Shown piece after piece: positions 11,201 through 18,988 of a stretch of 64,000 nt of DNA. Origin of the DNA: a virus; the IMG/VR virus record IMGVR_UViG_3300022868_000014, positions 32,453-96,452 of that record; one strand, 5' to 3'. How positions within the stretch are numbered: the first letter of the stretch is position 1; every line of letters starts with the position of its first letter. The notes under the pieces were generated by a model. That model was not told the origin of the DNA and did not search any database. It saw nothing but the letters and a program-made list of their open reading frames with translations. A program made the position numbers and the translations under genes.

Positions 11201-11960
11201 TAGAGGCTTTAAAGCAATAACAGGATTACACGACCCAGATGGAATTAAGCTACAGCAGAAGAATGTAGGTGGATTACTTAAGTGGGTATTCGGTAAGAGT
11301 TCCCCTAAGTATGGTGCCTTCCAACGCCGTGTTGTAGGATCTGCTGTTGACATGGTGGGCAGAGGAACAGTCACACCTAACCCAGCATTAAAGCTTAATC
11401 AGATCGGACTCCCAGAGGAACAGGCTTGGAACATCTATGAACCATTTGTTGTTAAAGCACTCATACAGGGTGGATATAAAGCAACAGACGCAGTTAAGAT
11501 GACAGCTGAGAAACACCCAGCGGCTTATTCTCTACTACAAAAGGCAGTTGAGGAACGTCCTGTAATTCTGAACAGAGCACCTTCACTCCATAAGTTTAGC
11601 TTAATGGGTTTCTGGCCAGTACTGACAAAGGGTAGCACTATACAGGTTAGTCCTAGTATTGTAGGACCATTCAATATGGATTTTGATGGAGATGCAGCAA
11701 ACTTCCACGTACCTGTATCACGTAAGGCGGCACAAGAAGTTGCGAGCAAGATGATGCCCGAACAGAACCTTTTGGATATAAAAGACTTTAAAGCTCATTA
11801 TAAACCAATGAGGGAATATTTGCAGGGCCTTAACATAGCAACAAGACAAAAACCAGGTCCACCTGTTAAAGTTTTTAAGAGTAAGGCAGACGCCAAAGAA
11901 GCTTACAGGAAAGGCGAGATAGACGTAGATGATCCTATTCGTATAGTGGACAAAAGCTAA
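5223..11960 (+). CDS. rpoBC: phage multisubunit DNA-directed RNA polymerase, beta fused to N-terminal half of beta', with 2 inteins
   Basis: beta motifs: RLGEGGL, GYIDPIRSPES, RLLMG|SKYATQALPL, GSNYEDAIVISE, GDKM|SNRYGSKGVV, YYYKLKH, GSKRLGGLE. beta' motifs: GLFGKDVFGP, PVLPPKYRP, ILNRAPSLHK, catalytic NMDFDGD at 11673-11693. Confidence 0.95.
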   Translation: MTQTFLSELKKQPTYRYDILDFDGIRNATMDNVKAAVSQRFPLENDDYTLAVDEVDYDGPDSYSLKEQKEAILKGRSLGRRLKGRWTLTDKLTGKPVSQTKKVTLLNVPYITPRGTYIRNGHEMTIGHVLRLNPGVYSRVKANGLYEAHVNVEQGTGSQFKMEIDPETGVFNIRKGNVNARLYPILRSMGIPDKKIEEMWGTELLNTNRLASSGTMVTRNLQKLLPKEASDGTKANYVTLSPDDAKALLESFGTMRLDPVSTEATLGKPYDRVSPDMLLGTSDKLLRLAKGTSKADNRDSMQFQKVYGPAEIFAERIVKDGGRLGRALLWKATNKKNLDFMSSGALNAHVDGVFNESKLAQYIDGSSPFDAIDSATRITRLGEGGLSSQRLASDEMRLVQNSFKGYIDPIRSPESLAVGLQMFMTQNTRKGHDGLLYTQLFNPRTGKKEWVDSKTAATANIATSEYMDTKDPYIPLVGGERGVHIAPRKDVDYYLSDDNNMFSLGSNMVPFKGGVKGMRLLMGCLAPDTNIIIKKADNSIFYGHIENYEWHQGDQAHSVDQTTGKTTWRGVERLVPNYNKIDMLEVKLKSGRKLTTTVNHKWVTMSEQGTLEKITAQNLVMGTPIPREGWLDFPMEEGITSVTIGKGAKHNSFSGFEMELTEGVGYMLGLYTAEGWLQGDRGHGYGTTSWAVDRPELQKRLCAVLDDLDLKYKIRRNGADPHKKVVVNHSGFARWLHANLETGSYKKKVAGLILQAPLGCREGFIAGFFDGDGTVMDRRGYARLITGVRSYDLIEGLSNLFSTLQIDTVVRETTALDKPIYLLEVRSQHLHKVPVLTHNEKAKRMSTLKLWSGKKNIDYIPMYKDLHASVLQRSTRKEHFRHRAYVNQHTKQSLQERISSEECIWLDSEIRWDSVVGIKDVDPVAITYDLDLNDHTFSVGQGIFVHNSKYATQALPLVNREAALTRSADGTGTGSVERLAGKYTGAVQAPKAGVVKQVRKDKIIVEYIDGEQAEHELYDNFPANQKGYLRSHAEVKAGDTFKKGQALASSNYTANDGVFAGGLNLRTAFMNFKGSNYEDAIVISEAAAKRLTSEYMYNTKLPKEKHLSTDTKRYVNMFPGKYTADQFDKMDPNGMIKTGSVVDKGDPLILGIRENQPSPGTAGRRTFTDVSEKWEHDYPGVITDVVTGRENHTVFSRANVPMKVGDKMCYSEDTDLLTSKGWKNITTVTLADELATLDPDTKNIQYINPSALHSYDHSGSMHVVETTQVSLCVTEEHKHYAALRKGKEARWEYGLHKASDLYGKKYRLEKTGKWKGIHQDTFKLPPVVMGVGRTMKLVEGPEVSIEAYLTIMGIYLSDGNSVWQPSSGSYGFDISQTKGNNKYILQKAFTRLGVKWCEGSHSEKIRVYSKHWASYLKQFGKAPEKYIPDNILTLSPDLLAIFYEWFMFGDGHRTQAGHGITTVSSRLAGDWQRLCLHMGMSATVRLTDKGGPRIICGRNCFAKPSYTVSTYRYKNQPTINHGHAKTQKGQTEYWDENYSGKVYCPEMPFNHIVYTRRNGKTVWSGNSNRYGSKGVVAEVVPDNQMPLDKKGKPFEILMSPLSVVSRTNPAQLIEVAYGKIAQKRGKAIDLPAFMTEDAAEKAMADLKENGLSDTDDLLDPETGKTIPKVFNGMAYYYKLKHTAESKESGRGTAGYTMDNVPASGGYEGSKRLGGLETSALIGHSVMEVLKDAKIVKGQANDEFWRAFKFGKTPTMPGTPLVHSKFFEHLKGAGINVRKGKSSIDIFGMNNDDVGRLSQGRQVKSADTFETNTYRPIDGGLFGKDVFGPDGNQWGYIPLDEPIPNPVMADSLRRSLDMTLKDFEAVAEGRKELNGDTGGNALKKALGKIDLTREVKYAMEDIKRSTGTRRDNAIKKYRALASIKLQKMHPKDFMLDRIPVLPPKYRPITSVDGMTMVADANYLYKALIDANKDFKDAREQLPDDMLGDARAQIYRGFKAITGLHDPDGIKLQQKNVGGLLKWVFGKSSPKYGAFQRRVVGSAVDMVGRGTVTPNPALKLNQIGLPEEQAWNIYEPFVVKALIQGGYKATDAVKMTAEKHPAAYSLLQKAVEERPVILNRAPSLHKFSLMGFWPVLTKGSTIQVSPSIVGPFNMDFDGDAANFHVPVSRKAAQEVASKMMPEQNLLDIKDFKAHYKPMREYLQGLNIATRQKPGPPVKVFKSKADAKEAYRKGEIDVDDPIRIVDKS
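6792..8063 (+). mobile_element. intein 1 (424 aa, LAGLIDADG endonuclease) in RNAP beta
   Basis: Starts CLAPDT, block B TVNHKW, LGLYTAEG and IAGFFDGDG motifs, ends FVHN|S. Removal restores RLLMG-SKYATQA. Confidence 0.92.
8847..9920 (+). mobile_element. intein 2 (358 aa, LAGLIDADG endonuclease) in RNAP beta
   Basis: Starts CYSEDT, TEEHKH, MGIYLSDG and FMFGDG motifs, ends WSGN|S. Removal restores GDKM-SNRYGSKG. Confidence 0.9.
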
Positions 11961-11975
11961 ATACCCACGTATATT
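11947..11975 (+). promoter_or_regulatory. sigma70-like promoter
   Basis: TGGACA-N17-TATATT upstream of ORF 12036. Confidence 0.5.
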
Positions 11976-11993
11976 TAAGGATGTATCTAAAAA

Positions 11994-12009
11994 GTCTAAC
12001 GCGTTAGAC
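11994..12009. promoter_or_regulatory. 16-bp perfect palindrome GTCTAACGCGTTAGAC, copy 1
   Basis: Intergenic, between the promoter and the RBS; identical copies at 32368 and 44045. Confidence 0.7.
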
Positions 12010-12035
12010 ATTTCAAATATAAACAGGAGAATACA

Positions 12036-12773
12036 ATGATTGATAGAAAACTGCTTAAAGGAGCGCGAGAAAGCCTCAAAAAAGAAGCCTTCGTACCCCT
12101 CACACCAGAAGCACAAGCGGCAGCAGCCGGCGGAGCACCTCCAATGGACCCAGCTATGATGGGCGGAGCACCTCCAATGGACCCAGCTATGATGGGTGGA
12201 GCACCTCCAATGCCACCAATGGACCCAGCAGCTATGGGCGGAGCCCCTCCAATGGATCCAGCTATGATGGGCGGAATGCCTCCAATAGACCCAGCAACAG
12301 GAATGCCAATAGACCCAGCAACAGGAATGCCGATGGACCCAGCTATGCTGGGCGGAGCACCTCCAATGCCCCCGGAAGAAGAAGGTGACGATGTCGTTAA
12401 AGTAAGTATGGATGATCTTAAAGCACTGATGGAAGAAGTAGCAGGCGCCAAAGCAGGCGACGCTGAAAAACCACGTCGTGCAACCAATGCAGAGATCATG
12501 GACAAATTAACAGAGTTGGAAACGTCACTTTCGGCCCTCGTGGGCGGAGAACCGACTCCAGCTGATACAGGTATGATGCCTCCTGAATTAGAGGGCGCAC
12601 CAATGCCTCCAGGATCCCCTGAAGAAATCTCAGCATTACTACAGAGCACAGGAATGGGAATGCCCCCAGAAGGAGCAGCTCCACCTATGCCTCCAGGAAT
12701 GCCTGTACAAGCAGCAGCCAAGTCTAACACTATTGCTAGCCTAGTTAGCTCTTTAAAGGAGAAACAGAGATGA
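12036..12773 (+). CDS. Pro/Met-rich low-complexity head-associated protein
   Basis: ACAGGAG RBS; LKKEA motif; GGAPPMDPAMM repeats. Confidence 0.65.
   Translation: MIDRKLLKGARESLKKEAFVPLTPEAQAAAAGGAPPMDPAMMGGAPPMDPAMMGGAPPMPPMDPAAMGGAPPMDPAMMGGMPPIDPATGMPIDPATGMPMDPAMLGGAPPMPPEEEGDDVVKVSMDDLKALMEEVAGAKAGDAEKPRRATNAEIMDKLTELETSLSALVGGEPTPADTGMMPPELEGAPMPPGSPEEISALLQSTGMGMPPEGAAPPMPPGMPVQAAAKSNTIASLVSSLKEKQR
12129..12370 (+). repeat. imperfect ~33-nt coding tandem repeats (GGAPPMDPAMM)
   Basis: ggcggagcacctccaatggacccagctatgatg and variants recur about 5 times, plus 21-nt IDPATGM repeats. Confidence 0.85.
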
Positions 12774-13567
12774 GCCAGAAACTTAGAGATGAATTACATA
12801 AACTAGCCAATATACAAGTGACCAAGCTACAGAAAGAAGCAGCTGAAGGGGACGCCCCAGCACCAGTAGGTGCTGCTCCTGTAACACGTGAGCTTAGCAA
12901 GGGTGAGATTATTAAGTTTATGCTTCTCTATGGTGGCGGAGGTGCAGCACTCGGCGCAGGTCTAGGCGCTGTAACAGGTGGTATGGATAATGTCGGCGCG
13001 ATAGCAGGCGGCGGCATCGCAGGCCTAGCAGGCGGATCTTTACTTGGAGTAATGGCTTTGAACGCTCGTAGAATCAGAGAACACTCTGCAGCGCGCGAAC
13101 AAGGAGCAGGGACAGAGCTTATGAATAGAAGCTGGAACTTAGGGGAAGGTGGTTTACTAGAAAGCACTCCAAGTGCGGCAGCATTAGGAGCCGGAACAGG
13201 CGTAGCTGCCCAAATGTTAAGTAGTGGATCTTTAAACAAGGTGCCCGGGGCTGTAACCAAGATACCTGGGGCCTTAAAAAAGGTACCTAAACTCTTCAAG
13301 ATGCCTAACTTTAAAAAATTCAAGATGCCTAGTTTCTCTAAACCCAATCTTAAACCTGGTAATCTACAAATGGGTGCTAACGCCGGTAAGTACGTGAAAG
13401 GTGGCAGTAAAGGTAGCATTAATGGTGCTAGTATCTATAAAAACCTCCAGGGAGGAGCGAAGAAGGCCGCTTTGTTTGCACTAATGGGTATAGGTGCACA
13501 AATCGGCATCAATGAGTACAGAGGCCAGGCAAGGCATAAACGTCTTTCAAAACTACCCCCTGAATAA
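12770..13567 (+). CDS. putative internal virion protein with glycine-zipper helices
   Basis: LHKLA and LQKEA motifs; GAALGAGLGAVTGG segments; ATGA overlap. Confidence 0.55.
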   Translation: MSQKLRDELHKLANIQVTKLQKEAAEGDAPAPVGAAPVTRELSKGEIIKFMLLYGGGGAALGAGLGAVTGGMDNVGAIAGGGIAGLAGGSLLGVMALNARRIREHSAAREQGAGTELMNRSWNLGEGGLLESTPSAAALGAGTGVAAQMLSSGSLNKVPGAVTKIPGALKKVPKLFKMPNFKKFKMPSFSKPNLKPGNLQMGANAGKYVKGGSKGSINGASIYKNLQGGAKKAALFALMGIGAQIGINEYRGQARHKRLSKLPPE

Positions 13568-13569
13568 AC

Positions 13570-16548
13570 ATGATCACGACAGTAGGCAAAGAACTAGTTA
13601 AAGATGCTTTACCTGCTGCTTATCGTTCTTATGCCGAAGAGGCTATAGATGGTAAGCGGATCGGTGATCTTATGACTGATCTTGCTAAGAAAGATCCAGG
13701 TAAGTATAACGACACCCTCCAAAAACTTAATAACATAGGTCGTAATGTAGCAACTACATATGGCCGTGAAGCTAGTATTAGTCTCAAAGATTTAACAGTC
13801 CCTGCCTCCATCAGGAATAAGAAGCAAGAACTCAAGCAAAGAATACACCTTATAACAAATAGCACAGGCCTTACATCTGAGCAGAAGCTTGATGAGATTA
13901 CGAAGGTAACCAATAAAGCCTCCAAGAACTTATCCGAAACAGTATATAGGGATCTCTTGGCCCGTAACAACTCTATGGCCAGACAAATAGAAAGTGGCTC
14001 CAGAGGGAATAAGACACAGCTTATGCAGACTGTCTTCGGTGATATGCTTATGGCAGATTCTACAGGCAAGACAATACCATTCCCAGGACTGGACTCCTAT
14101 GGTAGTGGTGTATCTCCTTTACCTTATTGGCTTGGTGCTCAATCCTCCAGAAAGGGCATGTGCCTCGCAGGAAGCACATTGGTTAGAATGGCTGATTTCT
14201 CCGTTAAAGCTATAAAAGACATAACCAAAGGTGAGAGGGTAATAGGAGCCGATACTGAAGGAAATACTTTTCCGGTAGAGGTTATCGACACTTTTGATAA
14301 TGGGGAACGAAAAGTTAATGATTACACGTTCAGGGTAGGAAGGATGGATAATCTTGTAACACTAACAGCTACAGAAAACCATAAAGTCCTCTCTGTCATT
14401 AAGAATGGACAGGCAACACCTCATCTAAGAATCCCTTCTAAGCTACCTCTCAGCCAGGCATGGCGTTGTTTTGGCATGACACCGGCCGGCACCTATCAAT
14501 GTAAGGCAGAAACCTCACAGCCGTATGCTCGTTTATTGGGCTTATTATTAGGCGATGGACATTTAAGCGAGAAATATAGTGTTACGTTATCTTCAATAGA
14601 TGTTGATCTAATAGAGAAGCTTAACAAGGATCTAAACAATGTTCAGCTTAAACATATAAAGAGGAATAGAACGTCCGGAGAGCCCTCCTTAGAGTACGTA
14701 GTAATTGGAAAAGGGATTAGAGACCAAGCAAAACACAGAAACCCTATAAAAAGATGGCTTGATACCTTTGGATTACTGGGCACACATTCCCATACTAAGT
14801 TTATACCAGAGGAGAGTAAGAGATGGTCAAATGCTGATATAGCTAATTTGATACATGGGTTATATGAGTCGGACGGTTGGTGCCGCAAAGGTAGTAATAC
14901 ATCTAACTTACCAGGTGTAGGCTGGTCGATGTCTTCAGAAATATTATTGAACCAACTAAAAGAACTGTTACAAACCAGGTTTGGCATCTACACAACAACT
15001 GTAAGCCCTGTTAAACTTTCAAAGACCAGATCCTTTAATAAGAGTGGAAAAGAGATAATACACAGACTTGATATGTACACCCTTAGAGTAACTAATGAGT
15101 CTTCTATTTATAAATTTAATAAACTACTGGCGTATGGAAGAAAATCAGATGAATTTAGAGAACTACTTAGTAAGCATACCCCTAATAACAGGGACGATAG
15201 TCTTGTTTTCGGGTATACAGGTAAATCAGACTCCTATAAAATAAATACGTATGATTTATCAGTGAACCACCCTGATCATCTATTTGTACTAGCTAATGGA
15301 ATGGTAGTATCTAACTCCGATACACAATTCAGTACAGCTGAGTCAGGCTATTTAAGCAAACAATTAACAAACGTAGCCCATCGTAATATAGTAACTATGC
15401 CCGACTGCGGAGTTACACAAGGCCTTAAAGTAGAAGGTGACGACTCTGACAATGTAGGCAGTATACTACTGCAGCCTGTCGGTACCCTTAAAGCCGGTAC
15501 AATTATACAAGCAGAACACTTACCCCTTATGACCGACAAGAAAGTAACAGTACGTAGCCCTTTAACATGTGAAGCACCAGAAGGCGTATGCCAACAGTGC
15601 ACAGGTGTAAGAGAGAAAGGTACCTTACCTGATATAGGCGAGGCTGTGGGCATCAATGCTGTACGTTCCTTTGTAGAGGCACTAACACAATCCGGTCTTG
15701 GTTCGAAGCACATAGGCGGAGTAGGCGGTAAAGACGAAGAGGAAGTAGGTCTAACAGGTTTCAAAGAAGTAAATCAATTTGTACAAGTCCCTAAAGAGTT
15801 TGTAGGTGGTGCAATATTATCAGAAGCTGATGGTAAGGTGGCAAAGATACAAGACGCCCCTCAGGGTGGTAAATACATCATGGTCAGCGGTAAGCAGTAT
15901 CATATTCCACGAGAACTCCACACAGCAGTAAAGATAGGCGATAATGTAGAAGCAGGTGATGTCCTTAGCAACGGAGTACCCAACCCTTCAGAGATTGTAA
16001 AGTATAAAGGTATAGGCAGTGGCAGACGTTACTTCATGGAACAGTATCATAAAATATTAAAGAAGAATGGAGCAGGTACTAACAGGCGCAATCTGGAACT
16101 CTTTGCCCGTAGTTTCATATCCAAAATTAAGATAAATGATCCCGAGGGTTACAATGGCCATATGGTAGGTGACGTTGTGGATTATGATTATTTAGCATCC
16201 AGATGGCAACCTAGAGAGGGTTCTAAGTTGAAATCAGTCACAAGTGCAAGTAATTTATATCTAGAGAAACCCTATTTACATTATAGTATAGGGACACGAA
16301 TTACGCCGAAGGTATCTAAGGAACTGAGGAGTAACGGAGTAGGACTGGTTGCAACGCATCCTAAACCACCTCCCTTTGAACCGTTTGTCGTTCGTGCTCA
16401 GGATTTTACACAACATGATAAGGATTGGATGACTCGCTTAGGCGGAGAAAATCTCAAACGTTCAACATTAGGGGCCGCTGCACGCGGGGGCACTAGCGAA
16501 CGTAAGAGTACATCATACTACCCAGCAATAACAAATATTGGAGATTAA
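13570..16548 (+). CDS. rpoC: RNA polymerase beta' C-terminal subunit, with intein
   Basis: TTVGK start, ESGSRGN, bridge helix RKGM|SDTQFSTAESGYLSKQL, Zn site DCG...RSPLTC..GVCQQC, trigger loop GEAVGINA...KHIGG. Confidence 0.92.
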   Translation: MITTVGKELVKDALPAAYRSYAEEAIDGKRIGDLMTDLAKKDPGKYNDTLQKLNNIGRNVATTYGREASISLKDLTVPASIRNKKQELKQRIHLITNSTGLTSEQKLDEITKVTNKASKNLSETVYRDLLARNNSMARQIESGSRGNKTQLMQTVFGDMLMADSTGKTIPFPGLDSYGSGVSPLPYWLGAQSSRKGMCLAGSTLVRMADFSVKAIKDITKGERVIGADTEGNTFPVEVIDTFDNGERKVNDYTFRVGRMDNLVTLTATENHKVLSVIKNGQATPHLRIPSKLPLSQAWRCFGMTPAGTYQCKAETSQPYARLLGLLLGDGHLSEKYSVTLSSIDVDLIEKLNKDLNNVQLKHIKRNRTSGEPSLEYVVIGKGIRDQAKHRNPIKRWLDTFGLLGTHSHTKFIPEESKRWSNADIANLIHGLYESDGWCRKGSNTSNLPGVGWSMSSEILLNQLKELLQTRFGIYTTTVSPVKLSKTRSFNKSGKEIIHRLDMYTLRVTNESSIYKFNKLLAYGRKSDEFRELLSKHTPNNRDDSLVFGYTGKSDSYKINTYDLSVNHPDHLFVLANGMVVSNSDTQFSTAESGYLSKQLTNVAHRNIVTMPDCGVTQGLKVEGDDSDNVGSILLQPVGTLKAGTIIQAEHLPLMTDKKVTVRSPLTCEAPEGVCQQCTGVREKGTLPDIGEAVGINAVRSFVEALTQSGLGSKHIGGVGGKDEEEVGLTGFKEVNQFVQVPKEFVGGAILSEADGKVAKIQDAPQGGKYIMVSGKQYHIPRELHTAVKIGDNVEAGDVLSNGVPNPSEIVKYKGIGSGRRYFMEQYHKILKKNGAGTNRRNLELFARSFISKIKINDPEGYNGHMVGDVVDYDYLASRWQPREGSKLKSVTSASNLYLEKPYLHYSIGTRITPKVSKELRSNGVGLVATHPKPPPFEPFVVRAQDFTQHDKDWMTRLGGENLKRSTLGAAARGGTSERKSTSYYPAITNIGD
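14161..15315 (+). mobile_element. intein 3 (385 aa, LAGLIDADG endonuclease) in beta' bridge helix
   Basis: Starts CLAGST, TENHKV, LGLLLGDG and IHGLYESDG motifs, ends VVSN|S. Confidence 0.9.
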
Positions 16549-16549
16549 A

Positions 16550-16822
16550 ATGACAGACAGTAAAAGACACGGATACCTAGCAGGCTACTTGGCGAAGGAA
16601 GCAGTAGATCCTTTAACAGGCCTTTACCAGGCTTATACTAAAGGAGGCGTTAAAGCAAAACCAGCCCTGGGTAAAGCTATGACCCCGTCACAGAGTGCAC
16701 ATTTCGAGGCGGATAAGCCCATAGCTAAGAAGCTGGGCCCTGTTGATTTGGAAACACTTAAGGGAAGTTTTAAACCCGTAAGAGCAACAGGAAAAGGATG
16801 TTCTAAAAAACATGGCTCCTAA
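16550..16822 (+). CDS. small basic putative internal head protein
   Basis: GGAG RBS before ATG 16550; LAKEA motif. Confidence 0.55.
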   Translation: MTDSKRHGYLAGYLAKEAVDPLTGLYQAYTKGGVKAKPALGKAMTPSQSAHFEADKPIAKKLGPVDLETLKGSFKPVRATGKGCSKKHGS

Positions 16823-16921
16823 TAAAGTCTTGAGATGGTACATGAATAAACTAGGCCTATAAACAACATTGATGCCTAGATATAAGTAAAGTAAGTACAA
16901 CATTAACACAAGGAAATTACC

Positions 16922-18988
16922 ATGGCAGGTTCAAATTTCGAAGTTCAACTAGGGCAGCTGGCCGACTCGCAAATTGCGCAGGACGCCCCAGCATTAACCC
17001 CTTATAAGGTCGGCTTTCAGCTCATCGATAAAGATGATGATGAGACTCGAGGAGTCGGTGTATCAGTATTCCAATTGAATGATCAATGGATTTACATCCC
17101 AATCTTTTATCTCAATGGACGGATCAAAGGACTCGATCTCATGTTCTTACCGAACAGAGGACAGTTTGTTCCAACCAAAGAAACTTGGATCTCATATCTC
17201 AAAGGACAGCAACCGCTGGAATTAGGAGAATCAGGAGAACAGGAAGAAGAAGAAAGCGCTAAGACAATGCAGGGTAAACCTGGTTCAGTCAATCTCACAG
17301 AAACTGATCCTTTCCTTAAAGGTGCAGCACTCTTAGAGAAGGACGCGTGGGAGAACATGCAGACACCTGTTAAATTCGACCGAGACGTATTTGACCTGAA
17401 AGAATGGGTACCTAGGCTGGGTAAAGAAGCATCTTTCCAGTTTACAGCCACCATGATTAAACACCCTGAATTCGCTAACGCAATTCTCAAGTATTATTCT
17501 GCGGATGATTTACGCGGATTAGCTAAGACAGCTGACGAAGTAGGAGTAGATGAGTTGGACATACCTGCCGCCGACGGATCTTCTCAAGGTCAGACTGTAC
17601 TTAAAGTAATCACACCTGATTCCCCAGACGCATCTGAATTAGAAGATGCAGAGAAAGAAGTGTTAATGCGTGACCGGGTCTTCTTTGTAGACAACCGTAA
17701 GGAAACATCCACTGTATTTAAAGGTGAAGTAGATCATACGAAACTAAGCACTCCTACGTGCACAGGTCTCTATGATGTTCTTATGGCTGATGGTACATTT
17801 GATCGTTTCTATGTTTTGTTTCCAAACAAGATGGAAAATAAACCGGACAACAGTGTACTGAATACACGTGATGCTAAATTCTTATTGGTTCCTTTGAACC
17901 ATAAAGATAAGTATCTCGCAGGCAAAGGATGTATCCAAGCTAAGCAGCTAACTATCACCAATGATGAAGATACAACTCTTCTTAAATCACTTGGTAGGGA
18001 TCTCAAACGTATCATCAGAGAACGCTCCAATGATGCAGTGATTGTAGACCCTTATGCTAATAGCTACCAGGTTTACTTCAATGGACCTAAGACAGCCTAT
18101 GGCAATAAGATTAAAATCAGCCTAGGACTTGGAACAGCAGCTTGTATGGATCTTGGTCGTAAAGTAGATTGCATGCAGTTCACTGATAAACCTGGTAAAC
18201 TCTTCATTGGTGCGGATACATTATATGTTCCTAACAATGCTAAAGTTATTGACAGAGCAGATTACAAACTTAATCAGAAGTATGGTTTCGGTAATCCTAA
18301 TACTCTAGTTAACAGCCTGATCAATAAGGTACAGCTCACTCCTGTTAAAGTATACAGCGATGGAGCATCTATTACACTTAGTAATGCTGACGTATCTGAC
18401 GGCCCTATCAATAAGACAGCAGCCATGATTAAGTTAGTTAGAGATTACGGTATCGCAGCACCTACTGCTAAGAAAATGGTTAAGGAAGCAGCTTCTCAAC
18501 ATAGACCAAACTCTATGCGGTATCTTGTTAAACTGGCCAAAGACCCGTTCATCAATACAGCTGAGAACTCTATAGGAGCAGCAGCTGCACCTAATGATGT
18601 AGAAGAAGTAACAGCCCCTCAAGATGGGCTTGATGATATAGACACAGCAGTTAAGGCATCCGAGAACGGTGTCAAAGAAGTTATGGACGTATCCGTACTC
18701 CGTACATTGGCAATGAACAGTAAAGCAATCGACATGGTTGAGGATTACCTCCCTGACCTACTTCGTGGTCTCGACCGCGTAGGTAGACTGTTGTTCCTGT
18801 TCTACTGGCACAATGATGACTTCCAGGACCGTTATGGTACTGATGAGCTGACTGAGTTAGAAGAAAGCCTTCGTGATGTATTCCAGTCCTTAAGTGACTT
18901 GGTATTGTTCCTCAGTAAAAAGACTGTGGCACCTGATACATCCACCGAAGCCTTAGCAGGAGATCTTTCAGAAGATCTAGGTGCATGA
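16922..18988 (+). CDS. large head-module protein of unknown function
   Basis: 688-aa ORF with RBS; LGKEA, LAKTA, INKTA, MVKEA and LVKLA motifs. Confidence 0.6.
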   Translation: MAGSNFEVQLGQLADSQIAQDAPALTPYKVGFQLIDKDDDETRGVGVSVFQLNDQWIYIPIFYLNGRIKGLDLMFLPNRGQFVPTKETWISYLKGQQPLELGESGEQEEEESAKTMQGKPGSVNLTETDPFLKGAALLEKDAWENMQTPVKFDRDVFDLKEWVPRLGKEASFQFTATMIKHPEFANAILKYYSADDLRGLAKTADEVGVDELDIPAADGSSQGQTVLKVITPDSPDASELEDAEKEVLMRDRVFFVDNRKETSTVFKGEVDHTKLSTPTCTGLYDVLMADGTFDRFYVLFPNKMENKPDNSVLNTRDAKFLLVPLNHKDKYLAGKGCIQAKQLTITNDEDTTLLKSLGRDLKRIIRERSNDAVIVDPYANSYQVYFNGPKTAYGNKIKISLGLGTAACMDLGRKVDCMQFTDKPGKLFIGADTLYVPNNAKVIDRADYKLNQKYGFGNPNTLVNSLINKVQLTPVKVYSDGASITLSNADVSDGPINKTAAMIKLVRDYGIAAPTAKKMVKEAASQHRPNSMRYLVKLAKDPFINTAENSIGAAAAPNDVEEVTAPQDGLDDIDTAVKASENGVKEVMDVSVLRTLAMNSKAIDMVEDYLPDLLRGLDRVGRLLFLFYWHNDDFQDRYGTDELTELEESLRDVFQSLSDLVLFLSKKTVAPDTSTEALAGDLSEDLGA

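Noticed and set aside
11718-13419. Long minus-strand ORFs here and elsewhere (e.g. 11996-12730, 33400-34176)
   Set aside because: They are antisense shadows of low-complexity + strand genes, with no RBS or recognisable motifs.
5223-16548. Cellular rpoBC operon (bacterial chromosome)
   Set aside because: No ribosomal-protein or nusG neighbours; the genes are highly diverged and surrounded by portal, capsid and tail genes.
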